This document shows positions 41,340 to 49,929 of a stretch of 64,000 nt of DNA, in pieces. Every line of letters starts with the position of its first letter. Position 1 is the first letter of the stretch. The position numbers were made by a program, and so were the translations under genes. The notes beneath the pieces are model-generated. The model was given only the letters and a program-made list of their open reading frames with translations, was not told where the DNA came from and ran no database searches. The stretch is from the NCBI GenBank assembly GCA_963668645.2, contig CAXXWC010000003.1, forward strand, positions 150,649 through 214,648, written 5' to 3'. The DNA comes from Desulfobacterales bacterium. GTDB taxonomy: Bacteria; Desulfobacterota; Desulfobacteria; Desulfobacterales; UBA2174.

Positions 41340-42154
41340 TTCAGGGGCCTTGTACCCCTGCATTGCGGATAATCGGAGCAACCCCAGAACCGGGTGCCGG
41401 CGTTTTTCCCGTAGCGGGCGGTTCGTTGCTTCATGGGCCGGCCACACTTGGGGCAAACCGGGGGTTGGGTCGGATCGGCCTGATCGGACTGATCCGTCGG
41501 ATCGGACCGATCGGAAGACAGTTTATTGCAACGCCGCTCGGCCAGGCGGGCCGCCAGGAGATTTTCGCGATAGCCGCCCTTTTCGATAACGGCCCGTTCC
41601 AGAGCCGTAATCTGGCGGTCCAAAAGAAAGTTAGCCTGGTGGATCAGGCAGATCAGGGTATTGGCGACGATGGCCGGATCGGGATTTTCCAGCCAAAAGG
41701 CGTATTTGGAATAATCGGAGGCATCCGACGGATCGGTCGCATCCGTCGGATCAGACATGATTTTGCCCAAACACCGCACTTCCGAGGCCTCCGGGCCGTC
41801 CTTGGCCCATTGGGGAAGATGGCGCTGGCGCAGGAAATCTTCATAATCCAGCAGCAGTTCATCCAGGCTGGCACGGGCCACATTGGTCAGGCGGATTTCA
41901 GAGGCGCTGCTGGTCGCTCCGGCACGGCTTCCTTCGGCGATGTTTTGCCGGCCGCTACGTGCCGCTTGCACCATCTGGTCGTGGGTGCGCGAGCGCGGAT
42001 CGACAAACCTTCGGCAAAAGGAGATTGTCCCATCGTAGATGATGGTTGCCGTTTGAAAACTGCGCAGCTTGCGGTATCCGCCGCCGGCCCTCAAACGCTG
42101 CGGTCGATCTTTCCGGTCCGGCCGGCCTTTTATCGTCGGTCCGTCGGGCGACAC
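41336..42154 (-). CDS. Four-helix-bundle protein (23S rRNA intervening-sequence / Avd-like family) with Asp/Ser/Thr/Pro-rich linkers and a C-terminal topoisomerase-type C4 zinc finger
   Basis: GTG start at 42154. The core YRKLRSFQTATIIYDGTISFCRRF...QMVQAARSGRQNIAEGSRAGATSSASEIRLTNVARASLDELLLDYEDFL carries the QxxRAxxSxxxNIAEG signature of the family. The C-terminus reads CPKCGRPMKQRTARYGKNAGTRFWGCSDYPQCRGT. Confidence 0.65.
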   Translation of the reverse strand: MSPDGPTIKGRPDRKDRPQRLRAGGGYRKLRSFQTATIIYDGTISFCRRFVDPRSRTHDQMVQAARSGRQNIAEGSRAGATSSASEIRLTNVARASLDELLLDYEDFLRQRHLPQWAKDGPEASEVRCLGKIMSDPTDATDPSDASDYSKYAFWLENPDPAIVANTLICLIHQANFLLDRQITALERAVIEKGGYRENLLAARLAERRCNKLSSDRSDPTDQSDQADPTQPPVCPKCGRPMKQRTARYGKNAGTRFWGCSDYPQCRGTRPLK

Positions 42155-42419
42155 CCTCGCTTCTCCCTTGTCTATTGGGGATAACGGCTATGGCAAAGTA
42201 CTGAAGGCCAATTCAAACCGCAAAGACAATCGCAATCAATTGGTTTAACGAAATATATTAATATTTTTACCTGGCACCGCTTCTTCGGAAAACGGGAAGG
42301 TGCACAGGGGCTTCAATCCTCCTTTGACGGAATTTTCAAAAAGGCTACCACATGACTTTGTCAGATCAGGACAAAACCGAGGGGAAAAAAGTCATGGCTT
42401 GTTTTTTTGGGGGCTTGAT

Positions 42420-43499
42420 TTACCCTCTGCTCCCTTCGTGCCAAAGAGATATGTTCTCCGCCGTACGGCTTTCGATTTGCGAGTCCCCCACATCCTGGAC
42501 CTCCTCCAACGGTTCAGGCCCGTATTGGCGCAAGGCTTCAACCATATCCCGGCGTACCGCCTCGCGCAGCTCGACCGGCGCCGCCACATAGGCCTCGGGG
42601 CCCAGACTCAGCACCCACTGCTTGATCTCATCAAGGCCGGCCACCCGAAAGGCGATCTCGATGCCGCCATCGATCTGCTTCTGGATCGACTGGCTCGCAT
42701 GCCAGATCCTTCCGGCGACGTACCTCGCCCAAGCCGGGCTGATACGGATACGCACCGCGTAAATCTCGTCGCTCATCACCTTGAAGCTGTTTTTGACAAA
42801 ATCCACGAAACGGAAGGTATCCGGAATTGTGAAAAAATCATCGGTGGACTGAAGCAGACTTATACGGTCCACTGCGAAAATGCGAACCGCCGCGCGCAGA
42901 TGGCAGTAAGCCACTAGGTAGATGGTGCCGTCCTGATACCAGACCTTGTATGGGTCGATACGCCGGCGAACCCGTTCGCTGTCGCGCAGGCCCTGGTAGG
43001 CGATCTCCAAGGTGCGTTTCTCCACGGCGGCCGCCGCCACCTGGCTGACGATGCCCGCATGGCGGCCATGATCGCGGCAGGGGCCGAGGCCGGCGCAAAC
43101 GGCATCCTTCAATCGGGCAAGGTAGTCACGCGTCTCGTCCGGCAAACCGGCTTCGACTTTCTGCAACAGTCCTGACAGCGATTCGTGGAACACCGTTCCC
43201 CGCAGCCCGTCCATCATCGCCTCGCTCATCCGCAAGGCCATCAGTTCGGTGGGTTGCAAGGGCTGATCCACGGTAAAACGGTAGCCTTCCATCAGCCGCC
43301 AGCGCTTGCGGCCCCCGACTTTATCGGTATAGATGGGAAACCCGGCCTGTTGCAGGTCTTCCAGATCCCGGTAGGCCGTGCGCTGGCTCACCCCGGCAAG
43401 GGCCTTGATCTGGGCCACGGTGCACCCGGTCCGGGAGGCTTCAAGCCGTCTTAGAATCCGCCATTGCCTGGAAAGCTGGTCTCCGCGCATGTCCCCCAT
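42420..43499 (-). CDS. WYL-domain transcriptional regulator (HTH-WYL-WCX, YafY/PafBC-like)
   Basis: 359 aa. N-terminal wHTH LSRQWRILRRLEASRTGCTVAQIKALAGVSQRTAYRDLEDLQQAGFPIY, and a central WYL region RRIDPYKVWYQDGTIYLVAYCHLRAAVRIFAVDRI. Confidence 0.8.
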   Translation of the reverse strand: MGDMRGDQLSRQWRILRRLEASRTGCTVAQIKALAGVSQRTAYRDLEDLQQAGFPIYTDKVGGRKRWRLMEGYRFTVDQPLQPTELMALRMSEAMMDGLRGTVFHESLSGLLQKVEAGLPDETRDYLARLKDAVCAGLGPCRDHGRHAGIVSQVAAAAVEKRTLEIAYQGLRDSERVRRRIDPYKVWYQDGTIYLVAYCHLRAAVRIFAVDRISLLQSTDDFFTIPDTFRFVDFVKNSFKVMSDEIYAVRIRISPAWARYVAGRIWHASQSIQKQIDGGIEIAFRVAGLDEIKQWVLSLGPEAYVAAPVELREAVRRDMVEALRQYGPEPLEEVQDVGDSQIESRTAENISLWHEGSRG

Positions 43500-43797
43500 C
43501 CTTTTTATAAATCGTTAAACGGCAACCATGCACAGGCTGGTCCAAAATCGGTGTCTGCCTGGGTGAATCGACAGCTGCCGGCAAAAGCGCTGAAACTTCA
43601 CTCGCATGGACCATTCAGCCTGTTGAGTTTGTGAAAAACGGCAAGTCCGGATCCCTGTCCTGTGGTATACCAAAGAAGTACTGGAAACAATGCCCAACGC
43701 GAGGAAAAATTCAGGAAAGCGGCGTTTCCGACAATATTACAGGAAACGGCTGCGCGATCTGCTGCGTTTGTGGCAGGTCAAAATCAGACTGATCGAG

Positions 43798-44085
43798 GTG
43801 ATCTATGCTGGAACCCACGAGGCGCATCAACTGCCCGGTGTCGGTCTGACCAGCGCACGCCACCGAGAGGGGTTTTCCCAGCGCAAGTCGGCCGAGCTGA
43901 CCTGCATTTCCCAGCGGCACATCTCCGAGATGGAAACCGGCAAACGCACCATCGGCAAGGAGCGGGCCAAGGGCACTGGACACCGATTACCGGGGGGTTT
44001 CTGTAGTGGACCATGTACGTTAGGGCACATCATGATCGAGGGCTGCGGCTGGAAATACGGTTGGAAGCAAATCTTGACGGCATAA
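43798..44085 (+). CDS. XRE-family helix-turn-helix protein; both ends uncertain, possibly decayed
   Basis: HTH core LTSARHREGFSQRKSAELTCISQRHISEMETGKRTIGKE. Candidate GTG start at 43798 after GAGG. After the HTH, the expected C-terminal continuation (ALDTDYRG...) appears in a different frame. The in-frame tail is Cys/Gly/Trp-rich and atypical. Confidence 0.35.
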   Translation: MIYAGTHEAHQLPGVGLTSARHREGFSQRKSAELTCISQRHISEMETGKRTIGKERAKGTGHRLPGGFCSGPCTLGHIMIEGCGWKYGWKQILTA

Positions 44086-44129
44086 AAAAGGGGGCTGCGG
44101 AATCAACCGCAACCCCCTGTTTTATTTTT
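44084..44129. terminator. Bidirectional rho-independent terminator
   Basis: Hairpin GGGGGCTGCGG-AATCAA-CCGCAACCCCC (44090-44117), flanked by an A-run on the left and TGTTTTATTTTTT on the right. It lies between the XRE ORF stop and the 3' end of the tRNA. Confidence 0.55.
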
Positions 44130-44206
<77 letters not shown>

Positions 44207-44244
44207 TCAAAGAAACGAGATAATAAAACCTTGTTGCATGGATG

Positions 44245-44568
44245 TCAAGAGGAGACCAGCTTGCGGAGAATAATTTTTTCCAGTGCCTCTCCGGCCTGGC
44301 CGGCCGCAGGGCGCACCAGGATCCGTTTGTGGCGGCTGGCCTGGCCGGAAACGATTTCCAGGTTGGACTTGGCAAGGCCCAGAGCCTTGGCCAGAAAGGC
44401 GATGCACGCCTTGTTGGCCGCCCCTTCCACCGGGGGGGCGGTCAGGCGCAGCTTGAGCGCCCCTTCGTGCAACCCGGCCAGTTGGTTCCTGGCCGCACGG
44501 GGCTGGACCAGAACGCTGACCACGATGCCTTCGGGCGTGCGATGATAAAATTGATCCGCGTCGGTCAT
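44245..44568 (-). CDS. DUF167 (YggU-like) family protein
   Basis: ATG at 44568. VSVLVQPRAARNQLAGLHEGALKLRLTAPPVEGAANKACIAFLAKALGLAKSNLEIVSGQASRHKRI is the characteristic DUF167 pattern (V.P.A..N.i.g.....lki.l.APP.dGkAN..l..fLak.l......v.i..G..sR.K.v). Confidence 0.7.
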   Translation of the reverse strand: MTDADQFYHRTPEGIVVSVLVQPRAARNQLAGLHEGALKLRLTAPPVEGAANKACIAFLAKALGLAKSNLEIVSGQASRHKRILVRPAAGQAGEALEKIILRKLVSS

Positions 44569-44590
44569 GAAAGATTTCCCCAGCAAGCCA

Positions 44591-46033
44591 TCAGCTCTGC
44601 CGGATCTGCGCGATGACCCGGGAGGCCGAAACCCCCTCGCTGATCGGAATCAACGCCACCCGCCCCCCGTGGGCCTCGACCCGCCGGCGGCCGACAACCT
44701 GATCGGGTGCATAATTGCCGCCCTTGGTGAGCACGTCCGGCTTGACGATGTCGATAAGCCGCTCCAGCTCGCGGGTGGCAAATACCACCACCATATCCAC
44801 CGACTCCAGCGCGCAAAGGGTGCGCACCCGTTCGCGGGCGCTGATCACCGGCCGACCCGGTCCCTTGAGGGTGCGGACCGACTCGTCGTCATCGATGGCC
44901 ACCACGAGCAGGTCACCGAGCCGTCGCGAAGCGGCGAACAGATGCAGGTGCCCGGCGTGCAAAAAGTCGAAGCAGCCGTTGGTCATGACAATGCGCTTTT
45001 GCTGGCGGCGCAGTTCAGCCACCCGCTCGCCAAGCTCCTTGAGACCTAAATGCTTGTGGCTCTGGTCGGGACTCGGGGGCTGGCAAGCCAGGGCCAGCTC
45101 CTTGCGGCTCACCGTGGCGGTGCCGACCTTGCCCACCACGATCCCCGCGGCGCTGTTGGCCAGGGTGGCGGCCTGAAACGGATCGGCGCCGGCCGCCAGA
45201 GCCAGGCCGGTCACCGCCAGGACGGTATCACCTGCCCCGGAAACATCGAAGACCTGCCGCGCCTCGCTTCGGATGAACCGGGACGCGTGGCCGTGCGCAA
45301 GCAGGACCATCCCGTCCGCGCCGCAGGTGATCAATAGCTGTTCCAGTCCGGCCTCAAGCATGATCTTTGCACCCGCCCGCTCCAGAGTCTCATTGTCGAC
45401 GATCTCGATGCCGGCGGCCTGGGCCGCCTCTTTGCGGTTGGGAGTGACCAGGGTGGCGCCGGCATAGCGGGTGTAGTCCGCCCCCTTGGGATCGATCAGA
45501 ACCGGCTTGGCATGCCGGTGCGCCTCGGCGATGATACGGCCCAGCAGTTCCGCCGTAAGCAGCCCCTTGCCGTAATCCGAGACCAGCACGGCATCGGCCT
45601 GGGGGATCTCGGCGGCCATCCACTCCACCAGGGCTGCAGCGGTCTCGGGAGCCACGGCCCGCCGGGTTTCCCGATCGATGCGCAGCACCTGCTGGCTTGC
45701 GGCAATGATGCGCGTCTTGCGCGTGGTGGGCCGCCCCGCTTCGGCCACCACCCCGGCGGTGTCGACCCCCAGGTGCTGAAACCGCTCGGTGAGCAGGGCC
45801 CCGTGGCGATCGGCACCCACCACGCCGGCCACCGCCACCCCGGCCCCCAGGGCCACCAGGTTGGCGGCCACATTGCCTGCCCCGCCCAGGGTAAAATCCT
45901 CCCGGCGCACCGCCACCACCTGGACCGGGGCCTCGGGGCTGATGCGCTCCACATCGCCCCAGACGTATTCGTCCAGCATCAGATCGCCGATGACCAGCAG
46001 CCTGCATTGGTCGAAGGTCGCCACGTCGATCAT
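44591..46033 (-). CDS. hldE: Bifunctional D-beta-D-heptose 7-phosphate kinase / D-beta-D-heptose 1-phosphate adenylyltransferase
   Basis: Start at ATG 46033 (MIDVATFDQCRLLVIGDLMLDEYVWGDVERISPEAPVQVV). pfkB-type kinase half (DVSGAGDT) and cytidylyltransferase half (VMTNGCFDFLHAGHLHLF). The track ORF extension to 46297 overlaps the upstream gene. Confidence 0.9.
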   Translation of the reverse strand: MIDVATFDQCRLLVIGDLMLDEYVWGDVERISPEAPVQVVAVRREDFTLGGAGNVAANLVALGAGVAVAGVVGADRHGALLTERFQHLGVDTAGVVAEAGRPTTRKTRIIAASQQVLRIDRETRRAVAPETAAALVEWMAAEIPQADAVLVSDYGKGLLTAELLGRIIAEAHRHAKPVLIDPKGADYTRYAGATLVTPNRKEAAQAAGIEIVDNETLERAGAKIMLEAGLEQLLITCGADGMVLLAHGHASRFIRSEARQVFDVSGAGDTVLAVTGLALAAGADPFQAATLANSAAGIVVGKVGTATVSRKELALACQPPSPDQSHKHLGLKELGERVAELRRQQKRIVMTNGCFDFLHAGHLHLFAASRRLGDLLVVAIDDDESVRTLKGPGRPVISARERVRTLCALESVDMVVVFATRELERLIDIVKPDVLTKGGNYAPDQVVGRRRVEAHGGRVALIPISEGVSASRVIAQIRQS

Positions 46034-46506
46034 GGGTCGCTGCTCCCTGAAAAATCGGCCGTATTTTCCGCCTCGGCCACCTTGCGGCGGATAAACTCGC
46101 GCAAAAAGGCCGGCGGCCTGACCGCCCGCCCGGTGCTGTCGATGCAGGCATGGCGGGTGTAGCCCCTGGCCACCGGATGCGCCGGGTCTTCGGTATAAAG
46201 GGTGTACTCGAAGCGGATCGCGGCCTTGGGCGCCGGGTCGAGCCGGGTTTCGATGGCCAGCAGGTCGTCGTAGTGCACCGGAGACAGAAACCGGCACCAG
46301 GCCTCAGCCACCGGCAGGGCTATGCCCTCGGCCTCGATGGCGGTATACGGCAGGCCGAGGTGCCGGAACATTTCGGTGCGCCCCTGCTCGAACCAGCGCA
46401 GATAGTTGCCGTTGTAAGCAAACCCCAGCGCGTCCGTATCGCCGTAGATCACTCGGCAGTATATGCGATGGCAAAGCATGGAAGAAGGCAACGCGGCATG
46501 GCTCAA
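46030..46506 (-). CDS. Acyl-CoA thioesterase, 4HBT (YbgC-like) family
   Basis: 158 aa. RVIYGDTDALGFAYNGNYLRWFEQGRTEMFRHLGLPY is a typical hot-dog 4HBT N-terminus. ATGA overlap with hldE. Confidence 0.75.
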   Translation of the reverse strand: MSHAALPSSMLCHRIYCRVIYGDTDALGFAYNGNYLRWFEQGRTEMFRHLGLPYTAIEAEGIALPVAEAWCRFLSPVHYDDLLAIETRLDPAPKAAIRFEYTLYTEDPAHPVARGYTRHACIDSTGRAVRPPAFLREFIRRKVAEAENTADFSGSSDP

Positions 46507-47108
46507 TTGGCCAATATCCCCTCGATGATCGCCTTAAGCTCCGCGTAATCGGTGGTCACCGGGAACTGGGGAAACTCGTCGATGACGTTTTGTGGCGGCC
46601 TGAAGAGCACCCCGTGCTCGGCGGCCTTGAGCATGTTGATGTCGTTGTAGGAATCGCCCATGGCGATAACACGGTAGTTCATCGACTGGAGCGCCTCGAC
46701 GGTGCGGCGTTTGGCATCTGCCTGGCGCAGGTTGTAGTCGCAAATGCGGCCGGCCGTGTCGATGGTCAGGGTATGGCAAAAGAGGGTGGGCCGGCCCAGC
46801 TTGTTCATCAACGGGGCGGCGAACTGCTCGAAGGTGTCCGACACGATGATCACCTGCGTCTCACCGCGCAGCCAGTCGAGAAACTCGACCGCGCCGGCCA
46901 GCGGCGACATGGCGTCGATGGCGGCGGTGATGTCCTGGATCTTTAGCCCGTGGCGGTCCAGGATGGCCAGGCGGCGGCGCATCAGCTCGTCGTAGTCGGC
47001 GATGTCGCGGGTGGTCAGGCGCAGTTCGTCGATGCCGGTGCGTTCTGCCACATTGATCCAAACTTCGGGGGTGAAAACGCCTTCCAAGTCGCTGCAAACG
47101 ATAAACAT
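46503..47108 (-). CDS. thrH: ThrH-type phosphoserine phosphatase / homoserine phosphotransferase (HAD family)
   Basis: ATG 47108 with GGAG upstream. MFIVCSDLEGVFTPEVWINVAERTGIDELRLTTRDIADYDELMRRRLAILDRHGLKIQDI...VIIVSDTFEQFAAPLMNKLGRPTLFCH...AMGDSYNDINML is closely colinear with Pseudomonas ThrH as I recall it. Confidence 0.75.
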   Translation of the reverse strand: MFIVCSDLEGVFTPEVWINVAERTGIDELRLTTRDIADYDELMRRRLAILDRHGLKIQDITAAIDAMSPLAGAVEFLDWLRGETQVIIVSDTFEQFAAPLMNKLGRPTLFCHTLTIDTAGRICDYNLRQADAKRRTVEALQSMNYRVIAMGDSYNDINMLKAAEHGVLFRPPQNVIDEFPQFPVTTDYAELKAIIEGILAN

Positions 47109-47146
47109 GAGCACTCCAAAATGCAAAGAACCCCGGCTTGACGGGA

Positions 47147-48463
47147 TTAATCGCTGTCGTTAGGATCTTCGATACGAATCAACGTGGGCGGCTCGGCCAC
47201 CACATCCAGGCGCGTAATGCGATCCAGGGCCTTGCGCACCGCTGCTTCTTCGGCCCGGTGGATAAGCATCACCACCGGCACCGGACCGGTGCTCTGGCGC
47301 CCCTTCTGGGTTACGCTCTTGATGCTGATCCCGTGCTCGCCGAGGATTCCCGAAACAATGGAAAGCACCCCGGGCCGGTCGGCCGCCATGATGCGGATGT
47401 AGTAGTGGGTGCGCAGCGTATCCATGGACAGCACCGGGATCGAACGGATCCGCTCTGGCTGATAGCCGAATAGCGGCACCCGCCTGGGCCCGCCGCAGAT
47501 CAGGTTGCGGGCGATGTCGACGATATCGCTCACCACGGCGCTGGCCGTGGGCATCATGCCCGCGCCCCGGCCCATGATCATCACGTCGCCCGTGGCGTCC
47601 CCGGTCACGGTGACGGCGTTGACCGCACCGCTGACGCTGGCCAGGATGTTGTCAACAGGAATCATGGTCGGATGGACCCGCGCTTCGATGGCGTCGCCCC
47701 GGTCCTTGCTGATGGCCAGCAGCTTGATGCGGTACCCGAACTCATCCGCGTTCTGAATGTCCAGGGGGGTCAGGCGGCTGATCCCCTCGACGTAGACATC
47801 GGCCAGATTGACCTGCATCCCGTAGGCCAGAGCCGCCAGGATGGTGACCTTGTGGGCCGTATCGAACCCTTCCACGTCCAGGGTCGGATCGGCCTCGGCA
47901 TATCCCTCGGCCTGGGCCGCGGCCAGGGCCTCGGCAAAGGTGCTGCCGTCCTCGGCGATCTTGGTCAAAATATAGTTGCACGTGCCGTTGAGAATCCCGG
48001 TCATCGAACGGATGCGGTTGCCCACCAGCGCTTCGCGCAGGCTCTTGATGATCGGCATGCAGCCGCCCACGCTGGCCTCGAAGCCCAGATCGACCCCGCG
48101 CTGGTCCGCGGCGCGGCAGATGGCGTCGCCCTGGGCCGCCAGAAGCGCCTTGTTGGCGGTCACCACCGGTTTGCCGGCGGCGATGGCGGCCATTATCAGA
48201 TCCTTGGCCACGGTCTGGCCGCCGATCATCTCCACGATGATATCAATGGCCGGATCCTCCACCAACGAAGGAGCGTCGCTGGTCATCACCCCCTCGGCCA
48301 ATTGGAGTCCACGATCGCGGTCAACGTCGATATCCGCGATGCGACGCAATTCGATGCGCGCACCGACCCGCTCGGCGATCAAGTCCGCGTTTTCCAAAAG
48401 CAGCCGGGCCACCCCCGTTCCGACGGTGCCGCAGCCCAAAAGTCCGACGCCTATCCGTTTCAT
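47147..48463 (-). CDS. hom: Homoserine dehydrogenase
   Basis: 438 aa. MKRIGVGLLGCGTVGTGV Rossmann start, the catalytic region GILNGTCNYILT, and a C-terminal ACT domain. Confidence 0.9.
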   Translation of the reverse strand: MKRIGVGLLGCGTVGTGVARLLLENADLIAERVGARIELRRIADIDVDRDRGLQLAEGVMTSDAPSLVEDPAIDIIVEMIGGQTVAKDLIMAAIAAGKPVVTANKALLAAQGDAICRAADQRGVDLGFEASVGGCMPIIKSLREALVGNRIRSMTGILNGTCNYILTKIAEDGSTFAEALAAAQAEGYAEADPTLDVEGFDTAHKVTILAALAYGMQVNLADVYVEGISRLTPLDIQNADEFGYRIKLLAISKDRGDAIEARVHPTMIPVDNILASVSGAVNAVTVTGDATGDVMIMGRGAGMMPTASAVVSDIVDIARNLICGGPRRVPLFGYQPERIRSIPVLSMDTLRTHYYIRIMAADRPGVLSIVSGILGEHGISIKSVTQKGRQSTGPVPVVMLIHRAEEAAVRKALDRITRLDVVAEPPTLIRIEDPNDSD

Positions 48464-48482
48464 CGTTGACTCGCTCCCGAAG

Positions 48483-49649
48483 CTACATGATCTTGCGTAT
48501 ACCGCGAATCCCCTGGTTGATGCGCATCTTGTTTTCGATCAGGGCAAAGCGGACGTACTCGTCACCATACTCGCCGAAGCCCAACCCGGGGCTGACCGCC
48601 ACCTGGGCCTCGCGGATGAGAAACTTGGAAAACTCCACCGATCCCATGTGCCGGTGTTTTTCTGGAATTCTGGCCCAGACGAACATCGTCCCTTTGGGGC
48701 TGGGCACTTCCCAGCCGACGCGCCCCAGGCCGCTGATCAGCGCGTCACGCCGTTCTAAATAGGTATCGCGGATCTCCTGAACGCATCCCTGGTCCCCTTC
48801 CAGGGCGATGATCGAGGCGATCTGGATCGGCTGGAAGATCCCGTAGTCCAGGTAGCTTTTGATCCGCTTGAGGGCGAAAACGATCTCGGGGTTGCCCACG
48901 CAAAACCCCACCCGCCACCCGGGCATGCTGTAGCTCTTGGACAACGAGAAGAACTCCACCCCGACCTCCTTGGCGCCTTTGGCCTGCAGAAAACTGGGGG
49001 CCTTGTACCCGTCGAAGGTCAGATCGGCGTAGGCGAAATCGTGGATCACCATGATGTCATGTTCCTTGGCGAAATCCACGATCTTCTGGAAAAAATCCAG
49101 ATCCACCACCTCGGTGGTGGGATTGTGCGGGTAGCTGATGATCAACACCTTCGGTCGCGGCCAGGTCTGGCGCGTGGCGTGGAGCAGGTTGTCGAAAAAG
49201 TCGTGCTCCGGCCCAACCGGAATCCCGCGCACATCCCCGCCGGAAATGATCGCCGAGTAGGGATGGATCGGATAGGTCGGGTTGGGGGTAAAGACCACAT
49301 CCCCGGGCCGGATGGTTACCAGGACCAGATGGCTCATCCCTTCCTTGACCCCGATGGTGGCGATGGCCTCGGTTTCCGGATCGATTTCCACCGCGTAGTT
49401 GTCACGATACCAGTTGGCAATCGCCACCCTCAGCCGGGTGATACCCATGGAGGCCGAATAGCGGTGGTTGTGCGGCTTTTGGGCGGCTTCGACCATCTTG
49501 GCAACGATGTGATCGGGCGTACCCAGGTCCGGGTTGCCCATCCCCATATCGATGATATCCTGGCCGGCCCGGCGCGCTTCCATCTTGATCTGGTTGACCG
49601 TAGCAAACACATAGGGCGGAAGACGATCGAGTCGGGCGAAACGGGTCAT
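48483..49649 (-). CDS. Class I/II PLP-dependent aminotransferase (alanine/aspartate aminotransferase-like)
   Basis: Start at ATG 49649 (RBS AAGAGGAAA). [41 protein letters not shown], with the PLP lysine context [14 protein letters not shown]. Confidence 0.85.
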   Translation of the reverse strand: MTRFARLDRLPPYVFATVNQIKMEARRAGQDIIDMGMGNPDLGTPDHIVAKMVEAAQKPHNHRYSASMGITRLRVAIANWYRDNYAVEIDPETEAIATIGVKEGMSHLVLVTIRPGDVVFTPNPTYPIHPYSAIISGGDVRGIPVGPEHDFFDNLLHATRQTWPRPKVLIISYPHNPTTEVVDLDFFQKIVDFAKEHDIMVIHDFAYADLTFDGYKAPSFLQAKGAKEVGVEFFSLSKSYSMPGWRVGFCVGNPEIVFALKRIKSYLDYGIFQPIQIASIIALEGDQGCVQEIRDTYLERRDALISGLGRVGWEVPSPKGTMFVWARIPEKHRHMGSVEFSKFLIREAQVAVSPGLGFGEYGDEYVRFALIENKMRINQGIRGIRKIM

Positions 49650-49929
49650 GGTTTCCTCTTCGGGTTGGCGAGGGGTTGAAAATTTTAGTTTTCCGCGTTC
49701 GTGGTATTCGCCGGTTGAGGCGTTTACCCCGGGGCCTGCGCTCCGCGATAGCGGGCGTTCCCGGCCCCGAGACTTCCTGCGGCGGTCGGGCGCAAATCCG
49801 TAAAACCGGATTAAGCATGGTAAACTACAATAGGCCTCGGGGATTGTCAAAAAAATTGTTTTGACTTTTACCCGGAAACCGTTTAGTTTCCCTGCGATCT
49901 AATAATGTTTGAAATTTCAGGGTATTGTT

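Noticed and set aside
42283-42300. TGGCACCGCTTCTTCGG on the plus strand in the WYL/cas intergenic region as a sigma-54 promoter
   Set aside because: It has a perfect TGGCAC but no GC at the -12 position. It also points away from the minus-strand cas operon and into the antisense of the WYL gene.
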